Source: Bdellovibrionales bacterium
GTDB taxonomy: Bacteria > Bdellovibrionota > Bdellovibrionia > Bdellovibrionales > UBA1609
Direction: 5' to 3'
Assembly: GCA_965200875.1 (NCBI GenBank)
Contig: OZ241456.1
Span: 1,312,001 to 1,376,000, forward strand
Length of the DNA: 64,000 nt
Below are positions 28,775-39,811 of the stretch, piece by piece. Both the position numbers and the translations under genes were made by a program. The notes under the pieces are model-generated. The model made no database searches and was not told where the DNA came from. It was given only the letters and a program-made list of their open reading frames with translations. The first letter of the stretch is position 1; every line of letters begins with the position of its first letter.

Positions 28775-29722
28775 ATGTATTTTCACATTAAAGAAAATAT
28801 CAGTTGTTTTGTCCTGCATGGTTCTAGGCTGAAGGTTCAGTTTTCTGTGATTCAACTACATACGAGCAATACCTCAGGCCAAAAGTTAAGGCGGTTGTTT
28901 TTACGAATAACTTGGTTAGTCCCGATTTTTTTTCTGGGAGCTTATGGCAACACCTCTCCCTTTTGCCAATCAGCTTTTGATAGCAAAAAAGAAAAAACTC
29001 AGGAAGAACATACCTTACAGCTGGCCATACAAGCTGAAAGTTTCTTTAAGAATTATCATATATCTCAACAAAAAAATGAAACCTTAACCAAGCTCTTATT
29101 TGAGATTGAAAACATACTATCTCGTTGGCAAAACACGCAATATCCACTTCATCCCCATGAATTTATAATTTTGAAAAGAAAAATCAAACGGGTGGAAAGC
29201 ATTTTACACCAACCAATTAACAATATAATTAAACAACAGACACAACCTGACTGGAAACAGCTTATGGAAAATCCTTCTTTAATTAAAGCCAATACCCCTT
29301 ATTTTATAGAGTGGCCCAACATGAGAGGAACAGCGTATATTTTCTTTAGTGATAATATTGTTGACACATTTTTCAATCCAAAAAGAAATTCTGATTTTCA
29401 AAGCAATCACCTAGAAGTAGCCAGAAGAAATATCAATGCTTTGATAAACGGTTATACCAATGGAGATTCAACCGGCATAAGAATACTAAGAAGAGGCCAG
29501 AAAAGAACAGCCACATCTACCACCCGGCGACGGTATAATAAATTGTTTGAAATCCGAACTCTTGGAAAAACAGCCGGACATATTCGGATAGGAGGCTTTA
29601 TTTACAAAAACAAGTTATACATTGTGCATTATGTAACAGGTGAGCATAACAAAAACCGACATGCTCTTATTCACATATTACTTAAAAAACAGGAACAATT
29701 TATCCATAATGGAATATATTAA
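28775..29722 (+). CDS. Exported hypothetical protein with a CxxAF motif and a RelE/ParE-like C-terminal domain; true start uncertain
   Basis: RRLFLRITWLVPIFFLGAYG leader, CQSAF at 28964-28978, C-terminal LFEIRTLGKTAGHIRIGGFIYKNKLYIVHY. Confidence 0.55.
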   Translation: MYFHIKENISCFVLHGSRLKVQFSVIQLHTSNTSGQKLRRLFLRITWLVPIFFLGAYGNTSPFCQSAFDSKKEKTQEEHTLQLAIQAESFFKNYHISQQKNETLTKLLFEIENILSRWQNTQYPLHPHEFIILKRKIKRVESILHQPINNIIKQQTQPDWKQLMENPSLIKANTPYFIEWPNMRGTAYIFFSDNIVDTFFNPKRNSDFQSNHLEVARRNINALINGYTNGDSTGIRILRRGQKRTATSTTRRRYNKLFEIRTLGKTAGHIRIGGFIYKNKLYIVHYVTGEHNKNRHALIHILLKKQEQFIHNGIY

Positions 29723-29727
29723 AATTA

Positions 29728-31818
29728 TCATTCATCGGAAAGAACCCGTTGCTCTATTTTATCGGGCATAAGCATATATTCCCGCATCTGCATAGAGAAA
29801 CTAGCTCTCCCTTGGCTGACAGAACGAAGGGTTGTCGCATAGCCAAACATATTCACCAAAGGGGCTTGTGCTTTTATGACTTGCAGATGATTTTCCAAAC
29901 TCACTCCTTCCACTTTGGCGCGTCTGGTGTTTAAATCACTTATGACATCACCCAGAAATTCCTCTGGTGTAACAACTTCCAGATCAAATACAGGTTCCAT
30001 GAGCCGACTTTTGTTTTTAGAGAGAGCGTTCCTGAACGCCTGTACTCCCGCTGATTGAAAGGCCGTTTGTATTGCAGTTTCGTTTTCTCCCTGAAATTCC
30101 GCTTTTAGTAAAATAGCTTTTATTCCCAATAATCGGTAACCCATTAGCATTCCTGCGTGAGAGGAATCTTCCACAGATTTTTGAATGTTTATAATGAAAT
30201 CCTGTGGCACATCTTCTTTAATTTGATTTTCAAAAATCAAACCTCTTTTTGTTTTATCAGGTTCTATTTTTAAAACCACCTGAGTAAAATATTTTTGTCC
30301 TCCTATTTCCTTGTCAAAAACACCTGTACCTTCTGAGGTTCTTAAAATAGTTTCCCGGTAGGAAATTTTTGGCGACCCGGTGTTTACTTGCACTTTGTGA
30401 TCTTTCGTGAGACGATGAACCAGCACCTCCAAGTGTAGTTCCCCCATTCCCATGAGAAGAGTTTGTCCCGTCTCCGAATCATAAGAAACAAAACAAGAAG
30501 GATCTTCTTTTTGCAATATTTGTAAAACTTTTATCATTTTTTTTTGATCTGCTGATGATTTTGGTTCAATGACTATGGAAATAACTGGTTCAGGCAAGGT
30601 AATTGACTCCAAAGAAACAGGATGATCCGCTGAACAAAGGGTGTCTCCGGTTTTGGTCCACTTTAAACCTAACACAGCACCTATGTCTCCTGCTTTTAAA
30701 AAAGGTACTTCCTCCCTTGATTTAGAATGAATTTTCAAAAGTTTTTGGATTCTTTCTTTTTTGTGTGCTCTTGTGTTCAATAATTGAGCACTTGGTTTCA
30801 AAACCCCTGAATATACCCTGATATATGTGAGGTGACCCGCAAAAGGATCTTCCATTAATTTAAAAGCCAATACGCAAGCAGGGTGTTCAAAACTCGTGGG
30901 GCAGGATATGTTTTTTCCTGGTGTTTTCCCTTGTCCTTCAATGGGTGGCAAATCCAAAGGACCCGGAAGATAATCTAATACTCCAGACAAAATTTGCTGA
31001 ACACCTTTATTTTTAAGAGCCGATCCGCAAAAAATTGGTGTGATTGCTAAATCCAATGTGGCTTTCCTAAGGGCTTTTTTTATATCTTTTTCCAATATAT
31101 GTTCTTCATTCAGGTATTTTTTCATAACTTTATCATCTGCGGTTGCCGAATGTTCAATAATTTGTGTTCTTGCTGACTGCACTTTTTGTTTATACTCTTC
31201 GGGAATGGGAATAGTGGAATATTTTTCTCCCAGTTCATCCTGATTCCATATAAATGCTTTTCGCTCAATGAGATCAATTACCCCTTGGAAATTATCTTCA
31301 GAACCTATAGGAATTTGCAGACATACAGGAGTGGCTTTTAATTTTTTGGAAATAGAACTCACACTGTCCTGAAAGCTGGCTCCTGTTCGATCCATTTTAT
31401 TGATGAAACAAATTCGGGGAACATGATGTTTATCCGCCTGACGCCACACTGTTTCGCTTTGAGGCTCTACACCGCTAACAGCATCAAACACAACAACAAC
31501 GCCATCCAGAACTCTTAATGATCTTTCCACTTCCACTGTAAAGTCTACATGGCCAGGAGTATCTATAATGTTAATACGATGATTTTGCCAAAAACAAGTG
31601 GTTGCGGCAGAGGTTATGGTGATGCCTCTTTCCTGCTCCTGCTCCATCCAATCCATGATGGTGTTACCTTCATGAACTTCCCCCATTTTATGGCTTTTAC
31701 CGGTGTAGAACAGAATCCTCTCCGTCAAAGTGGTTTTTCCGGCGTCAATATGAGCAATAACCCCAATATTTCGGGTGTGTTTCAAATCCTCAACTGTTTT
31801 AATTTGTAGCGCGGGCAA
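29728..31818 (-). CDS. fusA: Elongation factor G
   Basis: [23 protein letters not shown] and GMGELHLE; follows rpsG. Confidence 0.97.
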   Translation of the reverse strand: MPALQIKTVEDLKHTRNIGVIAHIDAGKTTLTERILFYTGKSHKMGEVHEGNTIMDWMEQEQERGITITSAATTCFWQNHRINIIDTPGHVDFTVEVERSLRVLDGVVVVFDAVSGVEPQSETVWRQADKHHVPRICFINKMDRTGASFQDSVSSISKKLKATPVCLQIPIGSEDNFQGVIDLIERKAFIWNQDELGEKYSTIPIPEEYKQKVQSARTQIIEHSATADDKVMKKYLNEEHILEKDIKKALRKATLDLAITPIFCGSALKNKGVQQILSGVLDYLPGPLDLPPIEGQGKTPGKNISCPTSFEHPACVLAFKLMEDPFAGHLTYIRVYSGVLKPSAQLLNTRAHKKERIQKLLKIHSKSREEVPFLKAGDIGAVLGLKWTKTGDTLCSADHPVSLESITLPEPVISIVIEPKSSADQKKMIKVLQILQKEDPSCFVSYDSETGQTLLMGMGELHLEVLVHRLTKDHKVQVNTGSPKISYRETILRTSEGTGVFDKEIGGQKYFTQVVLKIEPDKTKRGLIFENQIKEDVPQDFIINIQKSVEDSSHAGMLMGYRLLGIKAILLKAEFQGENETAIQTAFQSAGVQAFRNALSKNKSRLMEPVFDLEVVTPEEFLGDVISDLNTRRAKVEGVSLENHLQVIKAQAPLVNMFGYATTLRSVSQGRASFSMQMREYMLMPDKIEQRVLSDE

Positions 31819-31913
31819 ACCTTAGGCCTCTCTTAAGTTTTTATTACAAATTTTTCCTGATTCCTTTTTAAGAAAAAGCGAAAACATTAAACCCCGGATA
31901 AATATAAAAAACA

Positions 31914-32390
31914 TTACCAGTTATAGTGAGAAAAAGCTCGATTGGATTCAGCCATACGATGAACATCCTCTTTTTTCTTTATGGAAGAACCTTTTTTGTT
32001 ATAAGCGTCCATTAATTCTCCAGCCAGCCGATCTGCCATTTTTTTTTCCTTTCGTGCGCGGGAATTTATAATGATCCATCGGATGGCCAAGGAAGATCTG
32101 CGCGCTGGACGCACATCCACCGGCACCTGATAAGTGGAACCTCCTACACGACGGGACCGTACTTCTAAATTTGGTTTGCAGTTATCTATGGCTTTTTTGA
32201 ATACAGAGATAGCACTTTCTGTAGGGTGTTTTTTGCTGATTATTTCCAAAGCTCCATAGACAATGCCTCGGGCCAGCTCTTTTTTGCCATCCCACATGAT
32301 TTTATTTATAAAATAAGAAACAGTGGTGTCTGCATACACGGGATCCGGTTTAGCGTCTTTTTTGTGAATTTTCCGACTTCTGCGGGACAT
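31914..32390 (-). CDS. rpsG: 30S ribosomal protein S7
   Basis: EVRSRRVGGSTYQVP and HRMAESNRAFSHY. Confidence 0.98.
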   Translation of the reverse strand: MSRRSRKIHKKDAKPDPVYADTTVSYFINKIMWDGKKELARGIVYGALEIISKKHPTESAISVFKKAIDNCKPNLEVRSRRVGGSTYQVPVDVRPARRSSLAIRWIIINSRARKEKKMADRLAGELMDAYNKKGSSIKKKEDVHRMAESNRAFSHYNW

Positions 32391-32437
32391 ATTTTTAACC
32401 TTGTTGTTTTACAGTTGTTTTATTTCTTAAAATAAAT

Positions 32438-32815
32438 TCAGCTTTTCTTTATCTTTTTGGTTCCATATCGGGAACGGCCTCTTTTCCTGTCTTTTACTCC
32501 TTGCGTGTCTAAATGGCCACGGACAATATGGTATTTTACCCCGGGCAAGTCCTGTACACGACCTCCACGAACCAACACAACGGAGTGCTCCTGAAGGTTA
32601 TGCCCTTCTCCGGGAATATAGGAATTAACTTCAAATCCGTTGGTCAGGCGTACACGCGCCACCTTACGGAGCGCGGAATTGGGTTTTTTAGGAGAACGGG
32701 TGTGCACACGGGTGCATACCCCTCTGCGCTGAGGACAGGAAGTGAGAGCAGGGGATTTTGTTCTGGTTCGCTGAACTTTTCTGTTATTACGAATCAGCTG
32801 ATTTAAAGTAGGCAT
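32438..32815 (-). CDS. rpsL: 30S ribosomal protein S12
   Basis: [22 protein letters not shown] and [10 protein letters not shown]. Confidence 0.98.
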   Translation of the reverse strand: MPTLNQLIRNNRKVQRTRTKSPALTSCPQRRGVCTRVHTRSPKKPNSALRKVARVRLTNGFEVNSYIPGEGHNLQEHSVVLVRGGRVQDLPGVKYHIVRGHLDTQGVKDRKRGRSRYGTKKIKKS

Positions 32816-33148
32816 ATTGTTCCTTAAAAATTGTGGTTCGCAGGACTATAACCTGAAACCCCTAAAATGACAACCAACAGATACAAGACCGGTTGATTTT
32901 CGTTAAAAATACATTTTTTCATATTTAAAAGTCAAGATAGTTGATTAATCACCCATGAAATAAGAGGTTTTAATAATTTTCCTTGCAATTTTTTCCTGAA
33001 CCTTTTATAAAAAATCAAATAATAACAATGCGTTATGTTCTTGACCTTCAAAATTTGGTCACCGGCTGAAAAGAAGATAAAGTATGAAAATGTTATAGAG
33101 GCCAGTGGTTGATCCAAAATTTGACCACCTTTTGACAAAGAAAGTAAA

Positions 33149-35386
33149 GTGGAAAGAGTTATGGCAACCTCAAAAGAACCCTATAAACCGGAAAATCCGG
33201 CGGAGCGAAAAATATCAATGGATAACACATTCCCTGTTCCTGCGCGCGAACCTATTGACGCAAAAACTGTCTCTTCTGAAAAACCTTCTGTTTTCTCAAA
33301 AATGCTACAGCCAACAACTTCACTTCAATATTTGAAAGGAGTGGGACCAAAGCTGGCCCAGTATTTTTCACGGAAAAACATAAATACTGTGTATGATTTG
33401 ATTCACTGGTACCCTCGTACTTATAGAGATCAGCGTGCTGTTCGTGATTTTTCCCAGATGGCACATGGAACTTATGTGACTTTGTTTGGTTATGTCGAGG
33501 AAAAAAAAACTATTCATCTAAGAAGTGGAAAAACCCTTTACCTTGTAATGATAAAAACCGAAGGGGGGGAGGGGGTTACTTGTAAGTATTTTCGTCTCCC
33601 ATACAGGGGATACTTTGACAGTCTGGATATCTATCAGAAAGTGAAAGTGGTGGGAAAAATCACTTATTACGACAACCAGCCGGAATTGCATCACCCTGAT
33701 ATATATCCTTTTAAAGAAAGTGAAGGGCAAAAGGATATGCTCTTGCCCGTTTACACGGAAATGGAAAAAGTCAGTCAAAACAAGATCAGAAAAATGATAG
33801 ACACAGCGTTTGCAGGTTTAAAGCAAAATCCAGATTTTATTAATTCCGATCCCCTACCTCTCTGGCTCAGAGAGGACAATAATTTACTTGGCAAAGTAAG
33901 AGCACTGGAGCTTTTGCATCAACCTGATCAGGATAAAGTGGAAGAATACCTGCGTTTTCGTTCTCCGGCGCAAAAACGTCTTATTTTTGAAGAATTTTTC
34001 TTTTTACAACTTTACATGGGAATGAAAAGCTCTGGTCTTAAAAAAGAAAAAACACAACCCATAAAACCTGCTCTTAACCTCAGTGACAAATTAAAAAACT
34101 CTCTTCCTTTCGAGCTGACTTCTGCTCAGAAAAGAGTGCTGACGGAGATAAGTCAGGATATGCAAAATGACTACCCCATGCACCGGTTGGTTCAAGGAGA
34201 TGTAGGTTGTGGTAAAACTGTTGTAGCCTTGCTTTCCGCCTGCCAAGTGATAGAAAACGGCTTTCAATGTGCGATTATGGCTCCCACGGAAATTCTGGCA
34301 GAACAACATTATAAAAATGCAGTGGCTCTTTTGCAACCTCTTGGGATTCATGTTTCTCTTTTAACGAGCAGTATCCGTGTTAAACAAAAAAGAGAAATAT
34401 TGGAAAAACTGGCCAGTGGGTACACTTCTCTTTGCATAGGAACTCATGCTCTTATTCAGGAAGCTGTACAGTTTAAAAATCTGGCTTTAGTGGTCATTGA
34501 TGAGCAACATCGCTTCGGGGTGCATCAAAGAGGTCTTTTAAAAGGAAAAGGTATGCGTCCACATTTTTTGGTAATGACAGCCACTCCTATCCCGCGCAGT
34601 TTGGCCCTGACTTTGTATGGAGATCTTAATGTGTCTGTTATTGATGAAATGCCAAAAGGACGGAAAACAATAGTGACTCAAAGAATGTACGCGTCCAAAA
34701 GAGACCAAGTGTGGGGTTTGCTGGAGAATCAGATTTTGTCTGGGCGACAAGCTTATATTGTATACCCATTGGTGGAGGAAAGTGAACATGTTGATCTTAA
34801 AAACGCAGTGGAAGAGTATGAAAAACTAAAAGTCAGATTTCCTGATTTCAAATCAGGCCTAGTACATGGCCGGCTTTCTTTTTATGAAAAACAGGAAGTT
34901 ATGTCTGCCTTTGCGCGCGGAGAAATTCAAATATTGGTAAGCACTACTGTCATTGAAGTGGGAGTGGATGTGCCAAATGCCAGTATAATGATAGTGGAGC
35001 ACGCTGAACGATTTGGTTTGTCTCAGCTTCATCAGTTAAGAGGGCGTGTGGGCAGAGGAGAGTATACAAGTTATTGCATACTGGTAATGGAAGGGTTTTC
35101 CAAAGAGGCTTTTTCCCGCCTCTCTATTATGGAAAAAACTGCTGACGGATTTAAAATTGCGGAAGCGGATTTGGAAAGAAGAGGGCCAGGGGAGTTTTTA
35201 GGAACTCGTCAATCGGGACTACCAGCTTTCAGGATGGCTCATCTGGTAAGAGATGTGCGTCTTCTTCAACAAGCCAGAGAATCAGCACATAAGATGATAA
35301 AAAAAGATCCTCATTTAAATTACCCGGAACATGAGCTTTTAAAAAAGGAAATGCAAAAGCTTTCCAACCGCCTTCTTCCCGGTTAA
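33149..35386 (+). CDS. recG: ATP-dependent DNA helicase RecG (start may be ATG 33161)
   Basis: LKGVGPK wedge domain, QGDVGCGKT, DEQH, MTATPIPR and QLRGRVGRG. Confidence 0.96.
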   Translation: MERVMATSKEPYKPENPAERKISMDNTFPVPAREPIDAKTVSSEKPSVFSKMLQPTTSLQYLKGVGPKLAQYFSRKNINTVYDLIHWYPRTYRDQRAVRDFSQMAHGTYVTLFGYVEEKKTIHLRSGKTLYLVMIKTEGGEGVTCKYFRLPYRGYFDSLDIYQKVKVVGKITYYDNQPELHHPDIYPFKESEGQKDMLLPVYTEMEKVSQNKIRKMIDTAFAGLKQNPDFINSDPLPLWLREDNNLLGKVRALELLHQPDQDKVEEYLRFRSPAQKRLIFEEFFFLQLYMGMKSSGLKKEKTQPIKPALNLSDKLKNSLPFELTSAQKRVLTEISQDMQNDYPMHRLVQGDVGCGKTVVALLSACQVIENGFQCAIMAPTEILAEQHYKNAVALLQPLGIHVSLLTSSIRVKQKREILEKLASGYTSLCIGTHALIQEAVQFKNLALVVIDEQHRFGVHQRGLLKGKGMRPHFLVMTATPIPRSLALTLYGDLNVSVIDEMPKGRKTIVTQRMYASKRDQVWGLLENQILSGRQAYIVYPLVEESEHVDLKNAVEEYEKLKVRFPDFKSGLVHGRLSFYEKQEVMSAFARGEIQILVSTTVIEVGVDVPNASIMIVEHAERFGLSQLHQLRGRVGRGEYTSYCILVMEGFSKEAFSRLSIMEKTADGFKIAEADLERRGPGEFLGTRQSGLPAFRMAHLVRDVRLLQQARESAHKMIKKDPHLNYPEHELLKKEMQKLSNRLLPG

Positions 35387-35461
35387 AATCATGAGCTGAT
35401 TTCCACTTCTTTCAATAAATACCTATTCCCTTTTTTCAATAAATACACTACACTTTTCCTC

Positions 35462-37213
35462 ATGATACAGTTTGACACTAAAAATCAGCCTTTTCGGGAT
35501 GTTATGGGTAATAACCTGAAATACACTGTTCCTCGGTTTCAAAGGGATTACTCATGGGGAGAAGAGCAATGGGACGATTTGTGGCAGGATCTGCATGGTT
35601 ATTCTGAAAGCTCCCGAAACACACAATCTGCCCATTATATGGGGTATCTTGTTTTACAGTCTTCTGATGGCAAAAACTTTATCATTATTGACGGGCAACA
35701 AAGGCTTACCACCATCAGCATTATTATTCTTTCGGCTCTTTATGAATTAAAAAAATTGATCACAGAAAAAATACAGCCTGAAGATAATCAAAGAAGACTG
35801 GACACATTTCGTAACAGATTTATCGGCTTTACTAATCCTGTATCGCTTTTAACAGAAAATAAACTAACTCTTAACAGAAATAATGACAGTTTTTTTAAAA
35901 CCTACTTGTGCAGTTTATCAGAACCTCCTGTAAGAAAATTAAACCACTCTGAAAAACTAATAAGAGAGGCTTTGGATTATTTTAGAAAAAAGTTTCAGGC
36001 AGATTTATCTGAAAAGGTTCCAGAAGAAAAAGGAAGACAAATAGCCCAGCTGATTGACAATATGACAGATCGTCTTTTCTTTACGATTATTACTGTTGAT
36101 AGTGTGGCCAATGCCTATACAGTATTTGAAACTTTAAATGCTAGGGGAGTACAGTTATCCACTCCGGATTTGGTGAAAAATTATATTTTTTCTCTTATTG
36201 ACAGTAAAAAACAACTTCATGATCAGGCATTAGAAAACCTAGAGAGTAAATGGAGTAATATTGTTCACCAGTTGGGAAAGCATAAATTTTCGGATTTTAT
36301 CAGAGTGGATTGGAACAGCAAAAACAATTTTTCCAGAGCCAATGAATTATTTAAGAAAATAAAAGTAAACCTGAATAATAATGAACAAAAAGCCTCTGAC
36401 TATTTGGAGGGTTTGCAAAAAAACTCTGAGATCTATTCCGCTTTAAAGGATTACAATGATGAATTTTGGAAACATCATGAAAATGGCCTGTATAATAACG
36501 ATAAGTTGAAGTTAAGTCTTAAGACATTAAATATGTTTAATATTGTGGCTCCTATTAGTGTTTTAATTTCAGCATTTCATAAATTTAGCGCAAGTGATTT
36601 TATAAAATTTGTCCGTTATATCGAGGTTATTTCTGTCAGATATAATATTATATGTGGTCATAGTAGTCCTAGCCGGCAAGAGAGAGCTTACTCTGAAACC
36701 GCTCGGAAAATTACACATTCATCCAGTCAATCTTTAAATGAGGTGTTAATTCTTCTTAAGAAAATATATCCTTCGGATGAGGAGTTTATTCACGATTTTA
36801 ATATCAAAAGATTTAAAACACAACAAACAAATAGAAAAGCTTGTTACCTTCTTTACAGAATTGAAAAATTTTTGAATCCAAGTAATAATGCCAGTAGTGA
36901 TCTTGATTCCATTACCTTGGAACATATTCTGCCAGTGAAACCCACTCAGGATTGGATAAAAGAACTTAAGTCTGATGAGCAAGTGGAAGAGTGGGTTGAA
37001 CGCATAGGCAATTTCACAATAATGTCTCGAAAACAAAATAAAGAAGTAGGTGGAAAAAGCTTTAAAGAAAAAAAAGTTTTTTTTGCAAAAAGCAATTTTA
37101 CAGTCACAAAAAAATGTGCAGAATATGATGAATGGAACGAAGAAAGTATTGCCAAACATCAGCGGTGGCTGGCGAAACAGGCTAAAAGTCTCTGGTGTCT
37201 ACCTGATTCATAA
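35462..37213 (+). CDS. GmrSD-like DUF262-DUF1524 protein (modification-dependent restriction / SspE-like)
   Basis: VPRFQRDYSW, IDGQQRLTT and FETLNARG; C-terminal EHILP...IGN..N HNH-type motif. Confidence 0.88.
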   Translation: MIQFDTKNQPFRDVMGNNLKYTVPRFQRDYSWGEEQWDDLWQDLHGYSESSRNTQSAHYMGYLVLQSSDGKNFIIIDGQQRLTTISIIILSALYELKKLITEKIQPEDNQRRLDTFRNRFIGFTNPVSLLTENKLTLNRNNDSFFKTYLCSLSEPPVRKLNHSEKLIREALDYFRKKFQADLSEKVPEEKGRQIAQLIDNMTDRLFFTIITVDSVANAYTVFETLNARGVQLSTPDLVKNYIFSLIDSKKQLHDQALENLESKWSNIVHQLGKHKFSDFIRVDWNSKNNFSRANELFKKIKVNLNNNEQKASDYLEGLQKNSEIYSALKDYNDEFWKHHENGLYNNDKLKLSLKTLNMFNIVAPISVLISAFHKFSASDFIKFVRYIEVISVRYNIICGHSSPSRQERAYSETARKITHSSSQSLNEVLILLKKIYPSDEEFIHDFNIKRFKTQQTNRKACYLLYRIEKFLNPSNNASSDLDSITLEHILPVKPTQDWIKELKSDEQVEEWVERIGNFTIMSRKQNKEVGGKSFKEKKVFFAKSNFTVTKKCAEYDEWNEESIAKHQRWLAKQAKSLWCLPDS

Positions 37214-37222
37214 AATTTTTGC

Positions 37223-39811
37223 TTATTTCCATCTTATTATTTCCCCTAAATCTTTTTTCCAGGTTTTTTCCATAAGGATTTTAAAAATCATTTTTTGTTC
37301 TTTTTCTGAAACAACCTCCATATCGCCCACACTTACAGATTTATTGGTGGCGTATTTTTCCAAAATTTTAAAGAGGTTTTTTTTATACTCTGTATCTTCA
37401 TTTCCTTTTAAGTAGTCACCTTTGGTTTCCAAAACAGACAGTTTTTTTATTTTATTATCGGGACTGATGAAAGCCAAAAAATCAGGATAGACTTTTCTTT
37501 TCTGCCAGCCTTGCAGATAATAGTCTTGTTGCGCAACCATTCTATGCCACCACTTAACTGCTGATTGTTCATCCAAATACCAAGCCACTTGTTTTTCCAA
37601 TTCATTGTAATGACGCTGATAAGTAGTATCAAAAAGCGATATTTGAAAATCTTTGTCGTCCTCTCTTCTTAAGACTGTATCACTTGTAGAAACAATAAAA
37701 TCAATTTCAGGGTCTATTTGCCAATTTATATTGATTTGCTGTTTGAAGATTTTAAAACAAATAGAGCCGTTTTTTAATTTGTCTGTAAAGATTTTTTCTG
37801 AAAGTATGTTCATCTGTTCTTTTATATCCGCTTCCATAGATTCCAAAAGGAAAGCTTTGTTTAAATAGATTGTTTTATCTGATATATTTTTGGCATTTAA
37901 AGTACTCACTGTCTCATCAAAAATTCTTCCCGCTTCAAAAGGGTGAGGGATAAAGTTGCAAAGCCTCTTTATCATAAAAGGGTAGTCCATACTCATAAGG
38001 TTTTCTTTTTTATTTTGGCTTATATACGGCAAGCTGAACTGACCATCTATTTGTACAGCATTAACTTGTAAGGAATCTATTTTTTCAGGAGTCCATATAT
38101 CTTTTTTTGAATAAGATATTTTTGAAAAATCTATCTCTTGAAGAATATCTTGGGAATAAATAATTTTTCTCCATAAACCGTTTTTTTGTTTACACAAAAC
38201 TCTTGGAAGAAAAATTTTTGTATCTTGAAATTTCGGATTTCTTTTTGCTGTTACTTTTTTAAGGTCATTTTCTTGTGTTATTACATAATCCGCTAAGTCA
38301 TCCATTCCCTCTTTTTGTAGTCCTTTTTTAATTTCTGAAACCACCTCTGCCACCGTTTTGTTATAACAAAAAATATAACTTTCATTTAAAGAATCCATTG
38401 ATGTTCTTTGCACATACGGCTGTCTTAAAATTCTGCCTGTCAGCTGAGTTAAAGCCAACTTGGACTTGGACTTGGATAAAATCGCCAGTATATATGCAAA
38501 AGGGCAATCCCATCCCTCCTGAAGAGCTTGCTTTGTAATAATAAATCTCACCGGGGAGGTATCACTTAACAAGTTTTCATCTTTTAGTTCGTCTTTTTCT
38601 GAAACTTTAATTTTTACAGCTGATTCAGAAATGCCAAGATGGGTGATTAAATACTTTTTTACAGTCTCAGAGTGAATAAAATTTTTATCTTTTTGGTCTT
38701 TTCCTGTTCGTTCCACTTGAATAAGCATAATGGGGCGAATGTATTTTTTGCTTTTTTTTCGGTAAGTTTCTGAATCTTTTTCCAACTCAATTAATTTTTC
38801 ATAAGCCAGACATAAAGTTTTTTTCCAATCCCCTCTTTTAGCATTAGTGACATTAATAGGGAGCTTAATCATTTCCTCTTCTTTTAATTTCACACCTGAA
38901 ACACTTACCAAAACATTGCTCAAATGCTCTTTCATATTGGGCGTGGCTGACAATTCAAGAATAAACTTTGGGTTAAGGCCGGCCAGGGTTTTTCTTGCTA
39001 ATTCAGAATAAGCCCTGTGCCCTTCATCCATAACGACAATTGGCCGGGCGATTCTTATAGCATTACCTAAACTGTGTTTTACAGCAAAACCTTTGACACC
39101 TCCTAAAGCCTTTTTACTTTTATATGTGTCTAAGTTGCTGATTTGAAATAAAAGCTCTTTATTAGCTCGATGATTTTCCGGTTCCGGAAAAAAAGAAATA
39201 AAGCGACCTGAATCTTTAAACATTCTTAGAGATTCTTTTGTTTCTCTGTTTGCTGAAGGCAACATTAGAAGCATTACACAAAGATAATCCTGCAAATCTT
39301 GTAAGGAAAAAGCGTCTGTTTTTTCAATAATTTTGATTTTTCCAGCTGAGGCTCTTTCCAAGGTTTTTCTGTAAAAATGAGTACGGTCTCTAAAATTTTT
39401 AAGGGTTTGGCTGTATATGGCTTTTGTGGGAACAATCCATAAAATTAAGCCAGTGTTCTTGCTAAAGTAGTCAAAGTTTATTTTTTCAATGGATGAAACA
39501 CCTATCAGGGTTTTTCCTCCTCCTGTAGGCACTTTTAAACATACATTTGGAATAAGATTCCCTAATCCATCTTTTTTATTTTGATAGGGAGAGAGATGAA
39601 GTTGTCCTTTTTTATTTTGAAGCTTAGGAAGTTTGCCTTCAGTTTGAATTTTATTCCATGTTTTTTGGCAGTAGTACTCTATTTTTCTGTTCCGGCCTTT
39701 GTTTTTATGAAATTCCACTTCATCTTTTTCTTCTATATACTCTTTCTTTAAGAGCTTTAGGTAATAACCCAGCTTTTCTAAGCAAAGCTCTTGAAATTCC
39801 TTTAACTCCAT
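37223..39811 (-). CDS. res: Type III restriction-modification Res subunit
   Basis: VPTGGGKT, DEGH, SATP, QEGWDCP and QLTGRILR; C-terminal YPDF..LETKG nuclease; ATG 39811 overlaps the mod stop (TAATG). Confidence 0.9.
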   Translation of the reverse strand: MELKEFQELCLEKLGYYLKLLKKEYIEEKDEVEFHKNKGRNRKIEYYCQKTWNKIQTEGKLPKLQNKKGQLHLSPYQNKKDGLGNLIPNVCLKVPTGGGKTLIGVSSIEKINFDYFSKNTGLILWIVPTKAIYSQTLKNFRDRTHFYRKTLERASAGKIKIIEKTDAFSLQDLQDYLCVMLLMLPSANRETKESLRMFKDSGRFISFFPEPENHRANKELLFQISNLDTYKSKKALGGVKGFAVKHSLGNAIRIARPIVVMDEGHRAYSELARKTLAGLNPKFILELSATPNMKEHLSNVLVSVSGVKLKEEEMIKLPINVTNAKRGDWKKTLCLAYEKLIELEKDSETYRKKSKKYIRPIMLIQVERTGKDQKDKNFIHSETVKKYLITHLGISESAVKIKVSEKDELKDENLLSDTSPVRFIITKQALQEGWDCPFAYILAILSKSKSKLALTQLTGRILRQPYVQRTSMDSLNESYIFCYNKTVAEVVSEIKKGLQKEGMDDLADYVITQENDLKKVTAKRNPKFQDTKIFLPRVLCKQKNGLWRKIIYSQDILQEIDFSKISYSKKDIWTPEKIDSLQVNAVQIDGQFSLPYISQNKKENLMSMDYPFMIKRLCNFIPHPFEAGRIFDETVSTLNAKNISDKTIYLNKAFLLESMEADIKEQMNILSEKIFTDKLKNGSICFKIFKQQININWQIDPEIDFIVSTSDTVLRREDDKDFQISLFDTTYQRHYNELEKQVAWYLDEQSAVKWWHRMVAQQDYYLQGWQKRKVYPDFLAFISPDNKIKKLSVLETKGDYLKGNEDTEYKKNLFKILEKYATNKSVSVGDMEVVSEKEQKMIFKILMEKTWKKDLGEIIRWK

